In this document: positions 29,015 through 38,830 of the stretch, one piece after another
Layout: each line of letters starts with the position of its first letter
How positions within the stretch are numbered: the stretch's first letter is position 1
From: a virus
Taxonomy: Duplodnaviria; Heunggongvirae; Uroviricota; Caudoviricetes
Length of the DNA stretch: 64,000 nucleotides
Reading direction: 5' to 3' (one strand)
Virus record (IMG/VR): IMGVR_UViG_3300031111_000007
Span: 64,001 to 128,000 of that record
The notes under the pieces: model-generated
Databases searched by the model: none
Seen by the model: the letters and a program-made list of their open reading frames with translations, nothing else
Told to the model about the DNA's origin: nothing
Translations under genes and position numbers: made by a program

Positions 29015-29100
29015 TGGTAGGAAGGGGGGGATTTGAACCCCCAATCTCGTAAGAGCAGTAGATTTTGAATCTACCGTGTATGCCGTTCCACCACCTTCCC
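29015..29100 (-). tRNA. trnL: tRNA-Leu(CAA)
   Basis: GTAGA-TTCAAAA-TCTAC arm, long variable arm, GGTTCAAATCC, encoded CCA. Confidence 0.92.
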
Positions 29101-29106
29101 AAATTT

Positions 29107-29192
29107 TGGTGGGCAAGGAGAGATTCGAACTCTCAATCCATTTCAGGCCAAAGATTTTAAGTCTTTGATGTATACCGTTCCAACACTTGCCC
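29107..29192 (-). tRNA. trnL: tRNA-Leu(TAA)
   Basis: AAAGA-CTTAAAA-TCTTT arm, long variable arm, GTTCGAATC, encoded CCA. Confidence 0.92.
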
Positions 29193-29193
29193 T

Positions 29194-29269
29194 TGGTAGG
29201 GATGAGTGGATTCGAACCACCACTGAATGGTTCCTAAGACCATTGCCTCTGCCGTTGGGCTACATCCCC
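29194..29269 (-). tRNA. trnL: tRNA-Leu(TAG), short variable loop (76 nt)
   Basis: ATGGT-CTTAGGA-ACCAT arm, GGTTCGAATCC, encoded CCA. Confidence 0.88.
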
Positions 29270-29275
29270 ATAATT

Positions 29276-30601
29276 CTATCCTACAAACGTCTTATCCTGT
29301 AATTTATCAGCCAAATCTAAAATGTCTGATCTATAGGAATTCTCTAACCTCACATAAGCCATTGATCTATGTGGAAGTGCTCTGAGTAGCTTTAAAAGAC
29401 CACTTTCAGATGGTTTAACAACATCATAAGACTGTCCTAAATCACCCATCATAATGAGCTTACCATTCTCTGTTGGTCTACTCAAGATCATACTCATATA
29501 GTCAACTGATATCAACTGTACTTCATCTACAAGAAGCATATCATCATCTAACAATGACAACCCTTGAATGCTGTTCAAAGGAAGTACTTCATACTTTTGA
29601 TAAAAGATATGATCTTTTACATGATCATAACTATTCTTACCATCAGTCTGACCATTTGTGTTTCCATAGATATAATACAATGCTGATGTAAAACCAGCTA
29701 ACCAATCCACCATTTTTTCTTCTTTATCACCCGGAACATAACCAATACTATATTTACTGTTTATGCCAATCGGTGCTCTAGTGATAAATGCTTTCTTATC
29801 GCTATCTTCAAGAGCATATGCAGAAGTCAATAATGACTTACCACTTCCCCATCTTCCTGTCAAGAGAAGATGTGGTGCTTCCTTTAAGGCATAGATGGCA
29901 CATACTTGATAAATATCTCTTGCCTTAATAATTCTCCCATTATCACATTTAATCTCCCTGTAATGGGGATGATGATCAACTCTTGTAAGATAACCTTTGA
30001 TTGGGTTATTTGCATAGATAAATGGTTCAGATTGTTCAGCTTGAATAAAAACAAAGAACCATGCTTCTCTATTCAAATGATATCCCAATATCGTTGAAAA
30101 TAACTCAACTATTCTGTCATACTCAAATCCTTCATAAAATCTTGCCCATTCAAAATGTTCGTTTTCTTCATAAATCTGTTCAACTCTCATGTAGCTATAA
30201 GGATCGAATAGATTGTTCATTACCACATCATATAATACCGTGTCAACACCTTCTGCTTCTGCAATCATTGACATTGAAATATCTTTGGTTGCAAGATCAG
30301 CATTTGCTTCTTTTGTTGCTTCAATAATCTTTGCATCATTTTTACTGATATCATGATCTGATATCGGAAATTCAATCTTATCAGGATACTTAGTTTTAAA
30401 TTCCTTTAATGCCCGTATCGCATTTCTGGCACTAAAGGATAAATTTGGATTGAACTTATGTTTGTCTAACTCCTTCAACACAGTAATTGGTATGATAATC
30501 TTCTCATACTCATTTATTAACTTAAAAATAATTTTCTCATCATCCAATAATAAATTTGTGTCTACTGTAATAGTTTTCTTCATATAGGCAGTATCCTCCA
30601 T
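29276..30601 (-). CDS. phoH: PhoH family ATPase with N-terminal PIN domain
   Basis: VDTNLLL PIN; GRWGSGKS; LLVDEVQ; MMGDLGQ; YRS. Confidence 0.9.
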   Translation of the reverse strand: MEDTAYMKKTITVDTNLLLDDEKIIFKLINEYEKIIIPITVLKELDKHKFNPNLSFSARNAIRALKEFKTKYPDKIEFPISDHDISKNDAKIIEATKEANADLATKDISMSMIAEAEGVDTVLYDVVMNNLFDPYSYMRVEQIYEENEHFEWARFYEGFEYDRIVELFSTILGYHLNREAWFFVFIQAEQSEPFIYANNPIKGYLTRVDHHPHYREIKCDNGRIIKARDIYQVCAIYALKEAPHLLLTGRWGSGKSLLTSAYALEDSDKKAFITRAPIGINSKYSIGYVPGDKEEKMVDWLAGFTSALYYIYGNTNGQTDGKNSYDHVKDHIFYQKYEVLPLNSIQGLSLLDDDMLLVDEVQLISVDYMSMILSRPTENGKLIMMGDLGQSYDVVKPSESGLLKLLRALPHRSMAYVRLENSYRSDILDLADKLQDKTFVG

Positions 30602-30616
30602 TTGTTTAACTACTCA

Positions 30617-30964
30617 CTAGTATTTATCATAATCACCATATTTATCATCAGATGAAAACTTATCTTTTTCATTTTTTTCAGCAGTCATTACCTTACCTTC
30701 ATCTGGATTTGTTTTTTCTTTTTTCTTTTCAACTTCTTTCGTAATTTCATTTTTAACATTATCAATTTTAGTTTTCAATGTATCAAGAGTTTTATCAAGA
30801 TCAACCTCTATCTTTTCATCTTGAACTTTAATTTCAACATTAGTATGAAAAAATCCAGTAATTGTATCACCAAACCACAACCAACCAATAAAACCCCAAA
30901 ACATAAGAGTACCTAAACTTATCTTTTTCACTTTTCTTCCCCTTCCTGTTTGTGGATTACTCAT
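30617..30964 (-). CDS. Membrane-anchored hypothetical protein
   Basis: N-terminal TM LMFWGFIGWLWFG. Confidence 0.55.
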   Translation of the reverse strand: MSNPQTGRGRKVKKISLGTLMFWGFIGWLWFGDTITGFFHTNVEIKVQDEKIEVDLDKTLDTLKTKIDNVKNEITKEVEKKKEKTNPDEGKVMTAEKNEKDKFSSDDKYGDYDKY

Positions 30965-31593
30965 AACTTAAAATCATCTTCACTTAATAACCATTCATCA
31001 AATCTTCTTTCAAATCTTCTTTCTTTAAATAGAGCTATATCTTTTTTTAGAAATGCTTCTCCTTCTTCTCTATTATATATACAGTAAGCAGGATGAACAG
31101 TAAACAAAACAGGAAACACATACCCATCTCCAATATCACCCTCCATAAAATGACCACGTTCTCTTAGAATACCTCCAAGGTTTCCAGAAAAAATATACTT
31201 AGCATAATTACCCAAACAAAGAATCTTCTCAGGCTTTATAACCTTCAAATACTTCCTAAGATAACTTTGACATGTTTTTATCTGATCCTCATTTGGTTTA
31301 CCATTAGAATTTCCCCTAACAGGTCTACATTGAACTGTATTTATTATGAGAAAATCCCTTGAATTAAAACCTGCTTTATATAAATGTTCAGTTAATATCT
31401 TACCAGCAGGACCAATAAAAGGCGTTTGTTCTCGTACCTCATTTGCTCCCGGTGCCTCACCAATAATAGCATACTGTGAATAAGGAGTCCAATGTGGAAT
31501 AGCTGTACCGTTTGCTTTCAAGCTACATAGATTACATTTATCCACTTTTTTATCAAGTAACTCTAACATCCTAATTTGTTTAGAAGTTAACAT
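30961..31593 (-). CDS. Uracil-DNA glycosylase family 4
   Basis: CNLC, IIGEAPG, FIGPAGKIL, NTVQCRP, TVHPA. Confidence 0.92.
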   Translation of the reverse strand: MLTSKQIRMLELLDKKVDKCNLCSLKANGTAIPHWTPYSQYAIIGEAPGANEVREQTPFIGPAGKILTEHLYKAGFNSRDFLIINTVQCRPVRGNSNGKPNEDQIKTCQSYLRKYLKVIKPEKILCLGNYAKYIFSGNLGGILRERGHFMEGDIGDGYVFPVLFTVHPAYCIYNREEGEAFLKKDIALFKERRFERRFDEWLLSEDDFKL

Positions 31594-32945
31594 TATTCAC
31601 CACCATGCACAATCTGGTTTCTGGTATCACCTGAGATTGTAGCATCCTCTATCCATTCATCCATCTCTGATGCGTCATACATCTTTAAGCTACGTTTGTC
31701 AAGATAAAATTTATCAATCGTTCCTACCAATCCACCAATCCTTGATTTTGTAATCTTGTAAAGGACTTCAGATTCATATATCATTTCGTTTTCATCTGTT
31801 CCTAAAATCGCCATGAAATCAGCAGTAGCAGGTATTCCCATTGATTCAGCAATATGATTAAAATCAATCTCCGCAAATGTGGTATAGAATCCTTCTCTGT
31901 TCAACTGACTGACTGATATAATAGGACACTTAAACTCAAATGATAATGCTCTAAGTTCTTCTGATATAGCCTTGATGTCTTCATACATACTACCTTTATT
32001 CTTATATGCAGTTCTCATAAGGTTAATATAATCAACATAAACAATATCAGGTTTTATATCTCTAATCTGTAATTCTCTTAGATACATTCTGAAATCCAAA
32101 ATAGATGCTGCACCAGTAGGATATTGTTTGATAAAGAGCTTACCTAAATTCTCACCATCCTTAACCTCATTAAGACCTCTGGCTAATCTTCTTCTATAAT
32201 CTGTTGATAGATACATCCTGTTCATATCAAGACCAGTAAGAATACTATCAAACCGTTGAGCAAAAGCATCTTGTGACATTTCAAGAGTGAGAAGTACAAC
32301 ATTATGACCATGAAGAACTTGCCTTGCTGCAAAATTCGCCATTAAATTTGATTTACCACCATGTATCTTTGCTGTAAAAACACTAAATGTTAAGGCAGGA
32401 AATCCACCATTGATAATCTCATCAAAGGCAGGGAAGTAAGTTGGTATTCTATCTTCTGTTGCTGAAAAAATTCTCCTAAGTCTTTCTCTCATATTACCAA
32501 AATAATCCAAACCCAAATCTATCTTGATATCCTTTATGAGAGCATCTTCAATACGTTTCTGGATGGATGATCTTCTCTCAGGGTCTTCTACTTCATCCAC
32601 AGAATCAATGATAGCTTGTTTAAGGGCTTTTTCTTTTAGATAATCATTTGTCTGCTCCAATAGAAATGGATAACTTTCAGCAATATCAAACTGTGCCTGT
32701 TCTGCTTCCTCAATTGCATCAGTAAGCTCATTGATATTCTCAGATGAATTGATAATCGCATCCTTATCAGGGATTGAATGATACTCATCCACATAATCCT
32801 TGCAAAATGAAAAGGCATGTCTTACACTTGGATCATCAAAATACTCAGGTTCAAAGACGCTCGACAAAAGTGTTAAATAATCTCGGTCAGTTATCATACC
32901 TTTTAGTATAATACGTTCTAAAAAATCCGAATTTAATCTCTCCAT
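31593..32945 (-). CDS. gp41: Replicative DnaB-like helicase
   Basis: AKIHGGKS, TLEMSQ, VDYINLM, SVSQLNR, AES. Confidence 0.92.
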   Translation of the reverse strand: MERLNSDFLERIILKGMITDRDYLTLLSSVFEPEYFDDPSVRHAFSFCKDYVDEYHSIPDKDAIINSSENINELTDAIEEAEQAQFDIAESYPFLLEQTNDYLKEKALKQAIIDSVDEVEDPERRSSIQKRIEDALIKDIKIDLGLDYFGNMRERLRRIFSATEDRIPTYFPAFDEIINGGFPALTFSVFTAKIHGGKSNLMANFAARQVLHGHNVVLLTLEMSQDAFAQRFDSILTGLDMNRMYLSTDYRRRLARGLNEVKDGENLGKLFIKQYPTGAASILDFRMYLRELQIRDIKPDIVYVDYINLMRTAYKNKGSMYEDIKAISEELRALSFEFKCPIISVSQLNREGFYTTFAEIDFNHIAESMGIPATADFMAILGTDENEMIYESEVLYKITKSRIGGLVGTIDKFYLDKRSLKMYDASEMDEWIEDATISGDTRNQIVHGGE

Positions 32946-32953
32946 GGAAAAGC

Positions 32954-33008
32954 ACTATAACACATTTTGAGAAAAAAGGTTACCTTTTTTTTCACTTTAT
33001 GTTATACT
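32954..33008. promoter_or_regulatory. Back-to-back promoters sharing a near-palindromic GGTTACC box
   Basis: Minus: GGTAACC-18-TATAGT; plus: GGTTACC-18-TATACT. Confidence 0.7.
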
Positions 33009-33038
33009 ATTTTTCATAAATAATAAAGGACACTATAG

Positions 33039-33461
33039 ATGGAAGAAAATAACGAATTAAAACAAATATTTGATCAATTACATGAAGAACATCCCATTGA
33101 TGAATTAGCCACCTTTTCAGAGATTGATATAGCTGAGAAGTTGAAAAAAAATGAGATGATGATCATTAAGTACAAAGAGATGTATATTAAAGAGCTTCAA
33201 AAATACGAAGAACTTGAAGAAAAAATGGAAAGTCTCAAAGGAATGAGATATAAGCATTACAAATTTGAAGATGATCATGAATGGCAAAAGAAAGAGATAG
33301 AAGAATACTGTCTACCATCTGATCCTGCCATAAGAAGAATGAAAAGAATACTTGCAAAACAACAAGTAAGAGTTAGGTTTTTTGATATGTGCCATCGTGC
33401 TTTTTCTTCAATGGGATGGAGCATGAAAGTTTTTACCGAAAGAGAACGCATGGGATTATAA
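33039..33461 (+). CDS. uvsY: Recombination mediator UvsY-like
   Basis: 140-aa helical protein coupled (TAATG) to UvsW. Confidence 0.55.
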   Translation: MEENNELKQIFDQLHEEHPIDELATFSEIDIAEKLKKNEMMIIKYKEMYIKELQKYEELEEKMESLKGMRYKHYKFEDDHEWQKKEIEEYCLPSDPAIRRMKRILAKQQVRVRFFDMCHRAFSSMGWSMKVFTERERMGL

Positions 33462-34855
33462 TGTACCAAACAAAACTATTATTAGGCGATAACTATAAAA
33501 TCAAAATCATTAGCGATCATGATACATATCTGAGTGATATGAAAGAAGAATTTGCTATTCATGTACCAAATTACTTTTTCATGGGAAAATATAAAGCTGG
33601 ATTTTGGGATGGTAAGGTACATTTTATTACTGAGAGAGGATTTCTACCATATGGATTGTTGTTGGATTTTATGAAAACTTCTCTTAAATTATACCCCAAC
33701 ATAAAAATCGTTCCTGATGATAGAGTCAAAGCATTATTCAAAGGACCAGATATACCAATAAAATATGATCTGTCTTTAGAACCAAGACCATATCAAAAAG
33801 AAACAATAGAATCAACAATAAGATTCACCAAAGGTATAATACAATCTGCTACTGCTTCAGGTAAGTCACTAGCAATATCATACATCCTGAAGAACCTACT
33901 TGACAATCAACATATAACCAATGTGAGTAGAGGATTAGTAGTTGTTCCATCAAAGTCACTTGTTGAGCAGTTCAAAGGTGATATGATCGAATATGGTATG
34001 CCTGAGAATTCCATTGGTAAAGTTTATGACAAATATAAACAATGGGATAATAACATCGTAATATCAACATGGCAAACATTGAGAAACAATCATGATAAGC
34101 TGCCTATGTATGATTGTATTATAGGAGATGAATGTCACCAGAACAAAGCACATGAATTAAAAAAGATATTTTCAAAAACCAAAGCACAATATAGGTTGGG
34201 ATTTACAGGAACACTACCTACTCATATTACTGATCTATATAATATCAAGAGCTACTTAGGACCAGTATTAAAAGAATATCCATCAGGACTGCTTGCTGAA
34301 CAAGGATATATAGCTCAATGTACAGTAAAAGTTCATAGATTAAAATATCCTCATGTTGAAAACAAAACCTATCGTGGTATAAAAGATGAAGTGTTTAATG
34401 ACCGTGAGAGATTGGAATTGATAGGTAAGATCGTCAATGGTATAGATGATAATATATTGCTGTTGGTAACCTATAAAGCTGAAGGTGAGAAATTACGTCA
34501 GATGTTGAGAAGAAGAAGTAAAAGAGAAGTAGTATTTCTATCTGGTGATGATAAGACTGATACCAGAGAAGAATGGAGACAAAAGATGATCAAGGAAAAG
34601 AATATTGCCTTGATTGCTACATACGGTATATTTCAACAAGGAATCAATATACCAAACCTAAAACATGGTATATTAGCTTCACCTTCTAAATCTAAAATAA
34701 GGGTACTTCAATCTGTAGGTAGGACTTTAAGAGCACATAATGAGGAAAGAGCTTATATCTATGATATTATAGATGAATGTAAATTTCTATCAACACATGG
34801 TGAGAAAAGATTAGATTACTATGAGAATGAAGGATTTGAGATAGAGGAAATCTAA
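33461..34855 (+). CDS. uvsW: SF2 helicase UvsW-like
   Basis: PRPYQ, SATASGKS, GDECH, GFTGT, QSVGRTLR. Confidence 0.92.
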   Translation: MYQTKLLLGDNYKIKIISDHDTYLSDMKEEFAIHVPNYFFMGKYKAGFWDGKVHFITERGFLPYGLLLDFMKTSLKLYPNIKIVPDDRVKALFKGPDIPIKYDLSLEPRPYQKETIESTIRFTKGIIQSATASGKSLAISYILKNLLDNQHITNVSRGLVVVPSKSLVEQFKGDMIEYGMPENSIGKVYDKYKQWDNNIVISTWQTLRNNHDKLPMYDCIIGDECHQNKAHELKKIFSKTKAQYRLGFTGTLPTHITDLYNIKSYLGPVLKEYPSGLLAEQGYIAQCTVKVHRLKYPHVENKTYRGIKDEVFNDRERLELIGKIVNGIDDNILLLVTYKAEGEKLRQMLRRRSKREVVFLSGDDKTDTREEWRQKMIKEKNIALIATYGIFQQGINIPNLKHGILASPSKSKIRVLQSVGRTLRAHNEERAYIYDIIDECKFLSTHGEKRLDYYENEGFEIEEI

Positions 34856-35286
34856 GCAACATCATTAGCAAAATTAATAGCTGTTTCTTTTGCTTGTGAA
34901 TCTGTCTTAATTGTATATTCCCCTTTGGTGTTTCCACAAGTATCAGCTTTAACAACATCTCCAACACCAAAACCAGCAATAGCACGATGTGACCAACCAT
35001 ACCACTTACCATCTGCTTCTGCTTTCCCAACTGAATTTACTGTATGATGTTCCTTTGTCTTCTCACCTTTTATACCCATCCAATCTTTGAAATGAACTTT
35101 AGGTTTATTATCAGCATAACGTGGTATGTTTTTTAAAGTTCTCTTTTCCATGGGAACATTTGTTTTCATATAGGATGCTCGTTTAAATGTCTTCATCCTA
35201 TTAGTCCTTGGATTGATATCTTTTACTTTCTCAGGTTTTAACCGCTTAACCATAAACGATTTATCATCATAATCTTTGAATTTCAT
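34852..35286 (-). CDS. Conserved phage protein (WYGWSHRA motif), MKFKDY leader
   Basis: KWYGWSHRAIAGFGVGD. Confidence 0.6.
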   Translation of the reverse strand: MKFKDYDDKSFMVKRLKPEKVKDINPRTNRMKTFKRASYMKTNVPMEKRTLKNIPRYADNKPKVHFKDWMGIKGEKTKEHHTVNSVGKAEADGKWYGWSHRAIAGFGVGDVVKADTCGNTKGEYTIKTDSQAKETAINFANDVA

Positions 35287-35546
35287 TATCCACCCATTTT
35301 TTTAACATATTTTTTTAATAATTTTGCTGTTTTCTTATCAATATTTTTAGTTTTTATAATATCCTCTGCTGCTTCCATACCTTTCTTTGTTTTATGATAT
35401 ATAACTTCCATGTATAGATCGTCTATCTTTCCAAATCTTGCACCTTTAGGTAATGGTTTTGATCTACTACTACCACCACCTTTGGATTTCATTCCCATAA
35501 TAAACGGTGCAATAATCTCATCGATACGTTGTACTATATCCTTCAT
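35286..35546 (-). CDS. Hypothetical basic protein
   Basis: ORF track. Confidence 0.5.
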   Translation of the reverse strand: MKDIVQRIDEIIAPFIMGMKSKGGGSSRSKPLPKGARFGKIDDLYMEVIYHKTKKGMEAAEDIIKTKNIDKKTAKLLKKYVKKMGG

Positions 35547-35709
35547 TTTTAATTTCCTCCAAAATTTCCTCTAAATCATCCATTTCAAGAACCAAATCTT
35601 CAAATAAACCTAATTGATCTTCTTCTTTTTTTTCTTCTTTTTTAATACTAAATTTTCTACTTTTTATTTCCTTTATTTTATCTACTTCTCCTAAAATATC
35701 ATCATACAT
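35518..35709 (-). CDS. Hypothetical acidic protein
   Basis: ORF track. Confidence 0.45.
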   Translation of the reverse strand: MYDDILGEVDKIKEIKSRKFSIKKEEKKEEDQLGLFEDLVLEMDDLEEILEEIKNEGYSTTYR

Positions 35710-36082
35710 TTTTATCTCCTACTTCATTTACAATTGGTTTTGTAACTAACACATATATTTCATTTTCTTTTTCTTCTTTTATAGATGTTTTTATGTTAAT
35801 CGGCCTTTTTATAATAATTTCATCTGTCCAAGGAATAGTAAAATAATCCCTATTAGCTATCACCCATAATTCAGCATTATACTTCTTACCATCATTCAAT
35901 TCAAAATTATTCAGAACAGGTATATCAACAGCTATCTTACCATTTTCCATGAATCCAGAGAAAACAAGTTGCATTGACTTGGATAAAAATATAACGAACT
36001 TACCTTTAATCGCCATCTTGTCAACATTAGCAAGTGAGATATTAAAGACAAGTTTTTTGGGTTTCGATATATCTAGCTCCAT
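35702..36082 (-). CDS. Hypothetical protein, paralog of 42342-42827
   Basis: Shared layout incl. F...IPxL...FTxPWxD. Confidence 0.55.
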   Translation of the reverse strand: MELDISKPKKLVFNISLANVDKMAIKGKFVIFLSKSMQLVFSGFMENGKIAVDIPVLNNFELNDGKKYNAELWVIANRDYFTIPWTDEIIIKRPINIKTSIKEEKENEIYVLVTKPIVNEVGDKNV

Positions 36083-36083
36083 T

Positions 36084-36371
36084 TTAAACCTTTTTCACTT
36101 GTGGTTTTTCCCACCAAGGACTATTACTTTTTTTATCATCTTTTTCTTCTACCCAATGTGGTTCACTTAACCTATCAGCATTTTTTCTAGCTTGCATTTC
36201 ATTGTTATGTAATGAAACAATTTGCCACATAGGTTTTTCTTTTCTACCATATGATTGACCATAAGCTATAACAACAGCACCAACATTTTTCTTTTTGGTT
36301 TTCTTGGTTACATTAGTTCCATCAGGCATTTCAACTGTAATATCTTCTTTTATATAATCTTTAAATTTCAT
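36084..36371 (-). CDS. Hypothetical protein with MKFKDYIKE leader
   Basis: ORF track. Confidence 0.5.
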   Translation of the reverse strand: MKFKDYIKEDITVEMPDGTNVTKKTKKKNVGAVVIAYGQSYGRKEKPMWQIVSLHNNEMQARKNADRLSEPHWVEEKDDKKSNSPWWEKPQVKKV

Positions 36372-36595
36372 ATTTCTGTAACCTTTGTAATTCGTATATT
36401 GAAATTATCTTCTTCATCATCAACACTACGAACAATGATCTGTGGTTTTCTTTCTTCAAATCCATATGATCCACCACCACCTACTTCTACTTCTCTTTCA
36501 ACAATAACAGTTCCACCACTACCACCACAAGGAAACTGTGTAAACTTACCCATGGTTGCTATTGATATACTCATTATATCCTCACTTGTGACCAT
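36368..36595 (-). CDS. Small putative virion protein
   Basis: Late operon context. Confidence 0.45.
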   Translation of the reverse strand: MVTSEDIMSISIATMGKFTQFPCGGSGGTVIVEREVEVGGGGSYGFEERKPQIIVRSVDDEEDNFNIRITKVTEI

Positions 36596-37101
36596 GTTGT
36601 AAACTTACCCGGAGCAGTCGATGGAGCAGTTATCTGATAAGTTCCAATTACATCACTATTTGTTCCTACTGAAGCAGGATTAGAATAAATTCTCACCCTT
36701 GCTGATGTCATATTACAATCAGCATCATATATGGGGTTATCAATAAAGATATTCTCATGTGTTAGTCCAAGTAATCTCTTAAGATCATTACTTATATTAT
36801 AAGAAATATTTAATTGTTCAGTATAAACAGAATTAAAATCATCAGTAGTATCAGCAACAGACCAAACAACAAGATAATGTCCTACTTCTTGATTAATCCA
36901 TGAAGCACTTGGAATTAGTGTATCTGTATATGATTGAGTAATAGAGTTATAAGAAGCAATTTGAGAAGTAACTAATTCTACTGTAGCTGAAGAATTAAAA
37001 ATTCTATATGATACAGTTGCTTCTTCTTCAACACTTATACCATCGCTTTTTATAAGTTGAAGTGTTAATTCTATATTTTCGCCTTTATTTACATCAATCA
37101 T
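36574..37101 (-). CDS. Putative virion structural protein
   Basis: Beta-rich, GHYLVVWSV; late operon. Confidence 0.5.
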   Translation of the reverse strand: MIDVNKGENIELTLQLIKSDGISVEEEATVSYRIFNSSATVELVTSQIASYNSITQSYTDTLIPSASWINQEVGHYLVVWSVADTTDDFNSVYTEQLNISYNISNDLKRLLGLTHENIFIDNPIYDADCNMTSARVRIYSNPASVGTNSDVIGTYQITAPSTAPGKFTTWSQVRI

Positions 37102-37119
37102 AATTATTTCTCATGCTTA

Positions 37120-38241
37120 TTATATCAAAGGTTGTTCATATTCTTCTTCTCTCACTTTACAACCTGCCGATACTCTAAATTCTTTAAAATCACTAAAATT
37201 ATCTGATAATCTCAATTCAATATAATCTCTAAAAGAATATTTCAAAATTGCTTTTTCAACAAATGAATATTTTATTTTTAAAAGCGTGTTTGTTCCATCA
37301 TAACAAACATCAGTTATAGTCATATCAGGAATAGAAAGCAAATCAAATATATTTTTTAATAGAACATTAAATTCTAATACTTCTTTAGAAAATCTTCTAT
37401 AAAGAATGCCATTTGTAGGTGTATATCCAAGAATATCATCATAAGATAAACCATACATGGTTCCATTGGCTATACTTGAATCATACTCCTTAACAAATAT
37501 AAAATTCAAACTTTCAACTATCAAATATTCACCTGTATTTGGTTTTAAACGATAACGAACAGGACTTACTGTTCCTGCTTGTAATCCCTCTAATCGAAAA
37601 TTATCAAGATATCCTTTTGGTGATGTACCACCACCAGTATCAACTACTTGTGTTCTTATAGCATCAATAGATTGACCGGCAAGACCTAAAGCATTAAAAG
37701 TTATAGTAAATGGTTGCCAAGCATTTAAGTCTGTAGTATTGATATAATCACCCAAATTTACCGAATTACCTACTGTCAATCCTGTATTTGTATTATATCC
37801 GTAAAATAATATTTCTTTCGTATCTATTTGATCCCAAGTAGTAAGATATATATAACCAGATAAAGAAGTATAACTTGATAAATCTATAAGACCACCAGGA
37901 TTTAAGAATTGAGCAACTTCACCATCTTCTGCATTATATTGAAATGATTGTGCCCCACTATAACTTTGATCTGTACTATTGAAATCAAAGTCAGAAATAG
38001 CACCATTTATAATTGAAGCTGTCCAATAAGTATTATCTTCACCGTCATGAATATTTTCAGTTGTTGTTGCTGATGGTGATGCATTCACATTCATAGTTCT
38101 ACCATATTCATCACTTACAAAATACCTTACAGCATTTCTATATTCATAATATGGTTTAGTATCAACACGCAAAAATCCATCTTGAGAAACAGATGCTTTA
38201 TTTCTTCTACCTGTACCATTTGCAATATTAACATCTAACAT
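37120..38241 (-). CDS. Putative virion protein with carbohydrate-binding-like beta sandwich
   Basis: LNAWQPFTITF...GYLDNFRL CBM-like segment. Confidence 0.5.
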   Translation of the reverse strand: MLDVNIANGTGRRNKASVSQDGFLRVDTKPYYEYRNAVRYFVSDEYGRTMNVNASPSATTTENIHDGEDNTYWTASIINGAISDFDFNSTDQSYSGAQSFQYNAEDGEVAQFLNPGGLIDLSSYTSLSGYIYLTTWDQIDTKEILFYGYNTNTGLTVGNSVNLGDYINTTDLNAWQPFTITFNALGLAGQSIDAIRTQVVDTGGGTSPKGYLDNFRLEGLQAGTVSPVRYRLKPNTGEYLIVESLNFIFVKEYDSSIANGTMYGLSYDDILGYTPTNGILYRRFSKEVLEFNVLLKNIFDLLSIPDMTITDVCYDGTNTLLKIKYSFVEKAILKYSFRDYIELRLSDNFSDFKEFRVSAGCKVREEEYEQPLI

Positions 38242-38251
38242 TTATTTTATC

Positions 38252-38812
38252 CTAATTATTAATTGCATGAAAATTAAATACAACAATACCTGCTCTAAAA
38301 ACTTGATTTTTGGCACCCGCATACATAGTAAAAACACCATTTGATGCCAAAATTATATCTTGATTAAAATTCCAATATATACTAGATGCAGAACTAGCAT
38401 GATAAATTCTATGTGTTGTTTCACCACCAGATAATCCACCAATATCACCACCATTATAAAATGTTCCATTTGCTGTCATACCAGAACCAGTATTCAAATT
38501 TCTTGCTGTCACACTTGAACCACCAGTTGGTGTACCTGTATCATTTAATTTTACATCAAAATAATCATTATCTTGCATAAAGAGCCATATACCTTCAATA
38601 CTTAAATCTCTTTCAGTATCGGTATTTTTCATATATAAAAAACAAGCACCTGATGTTGGTGTAGCTGAAAAATTTATATTATAAGCTCTACCTTGATTAT
38701 GATTTGCATAATGTTCTTGAGTAGAAATTACGGCAGAAACTCTTAATTTATTAGCGGAACTAACAGACGCTAGATATCCTTTACCAGTTCCATCCTCTAT
38801 AATTAAACCCAT
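38252..38812 (-). CDS. Putative virion structural protein
   Basis: IEDGTGKGYLASV N-terminus shared with neighbours. Confidence 0.55.
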   Translation of the reverse strand: MGLIIEDGTGKGYLASVSSANKLRVSAVISTQEHYANHNQGRAYNINFSATPTSGACFLYMKNTDTERDLSIEGIWLFMQDNDYFDVKLNDTGTPTGGSSVTARNLNTGSGMTANGTFYNGGDIGGLSGGETTHRIYHASSASSIYWNFNQDIILASNGVFTMYAGAKNQVFRAGIVVFNFHAINN

Positions 38813-38830
38813 TATATTTTATTCTCCTTA

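Noticed and set aside
28994-29116. N-terminal extension of track ORF 28847-29116
   Set aside because: It overlaps tRNA-Leu(CAA); the real start is probably ATG 28993
29194-29269. Amber-suppressor tRNA or stop-codon recoding
   Set aside because: Anticodon TAG reads CUA (Leu); a suppressor would need CTA. Core genes are intact in the standard code.
26057-32945. Inteins or introns in the polymerase or helicase
   Set aside because: Lengths (896 and 450 aa) are typical, motifs are contiguous, and no splice motifs were seen
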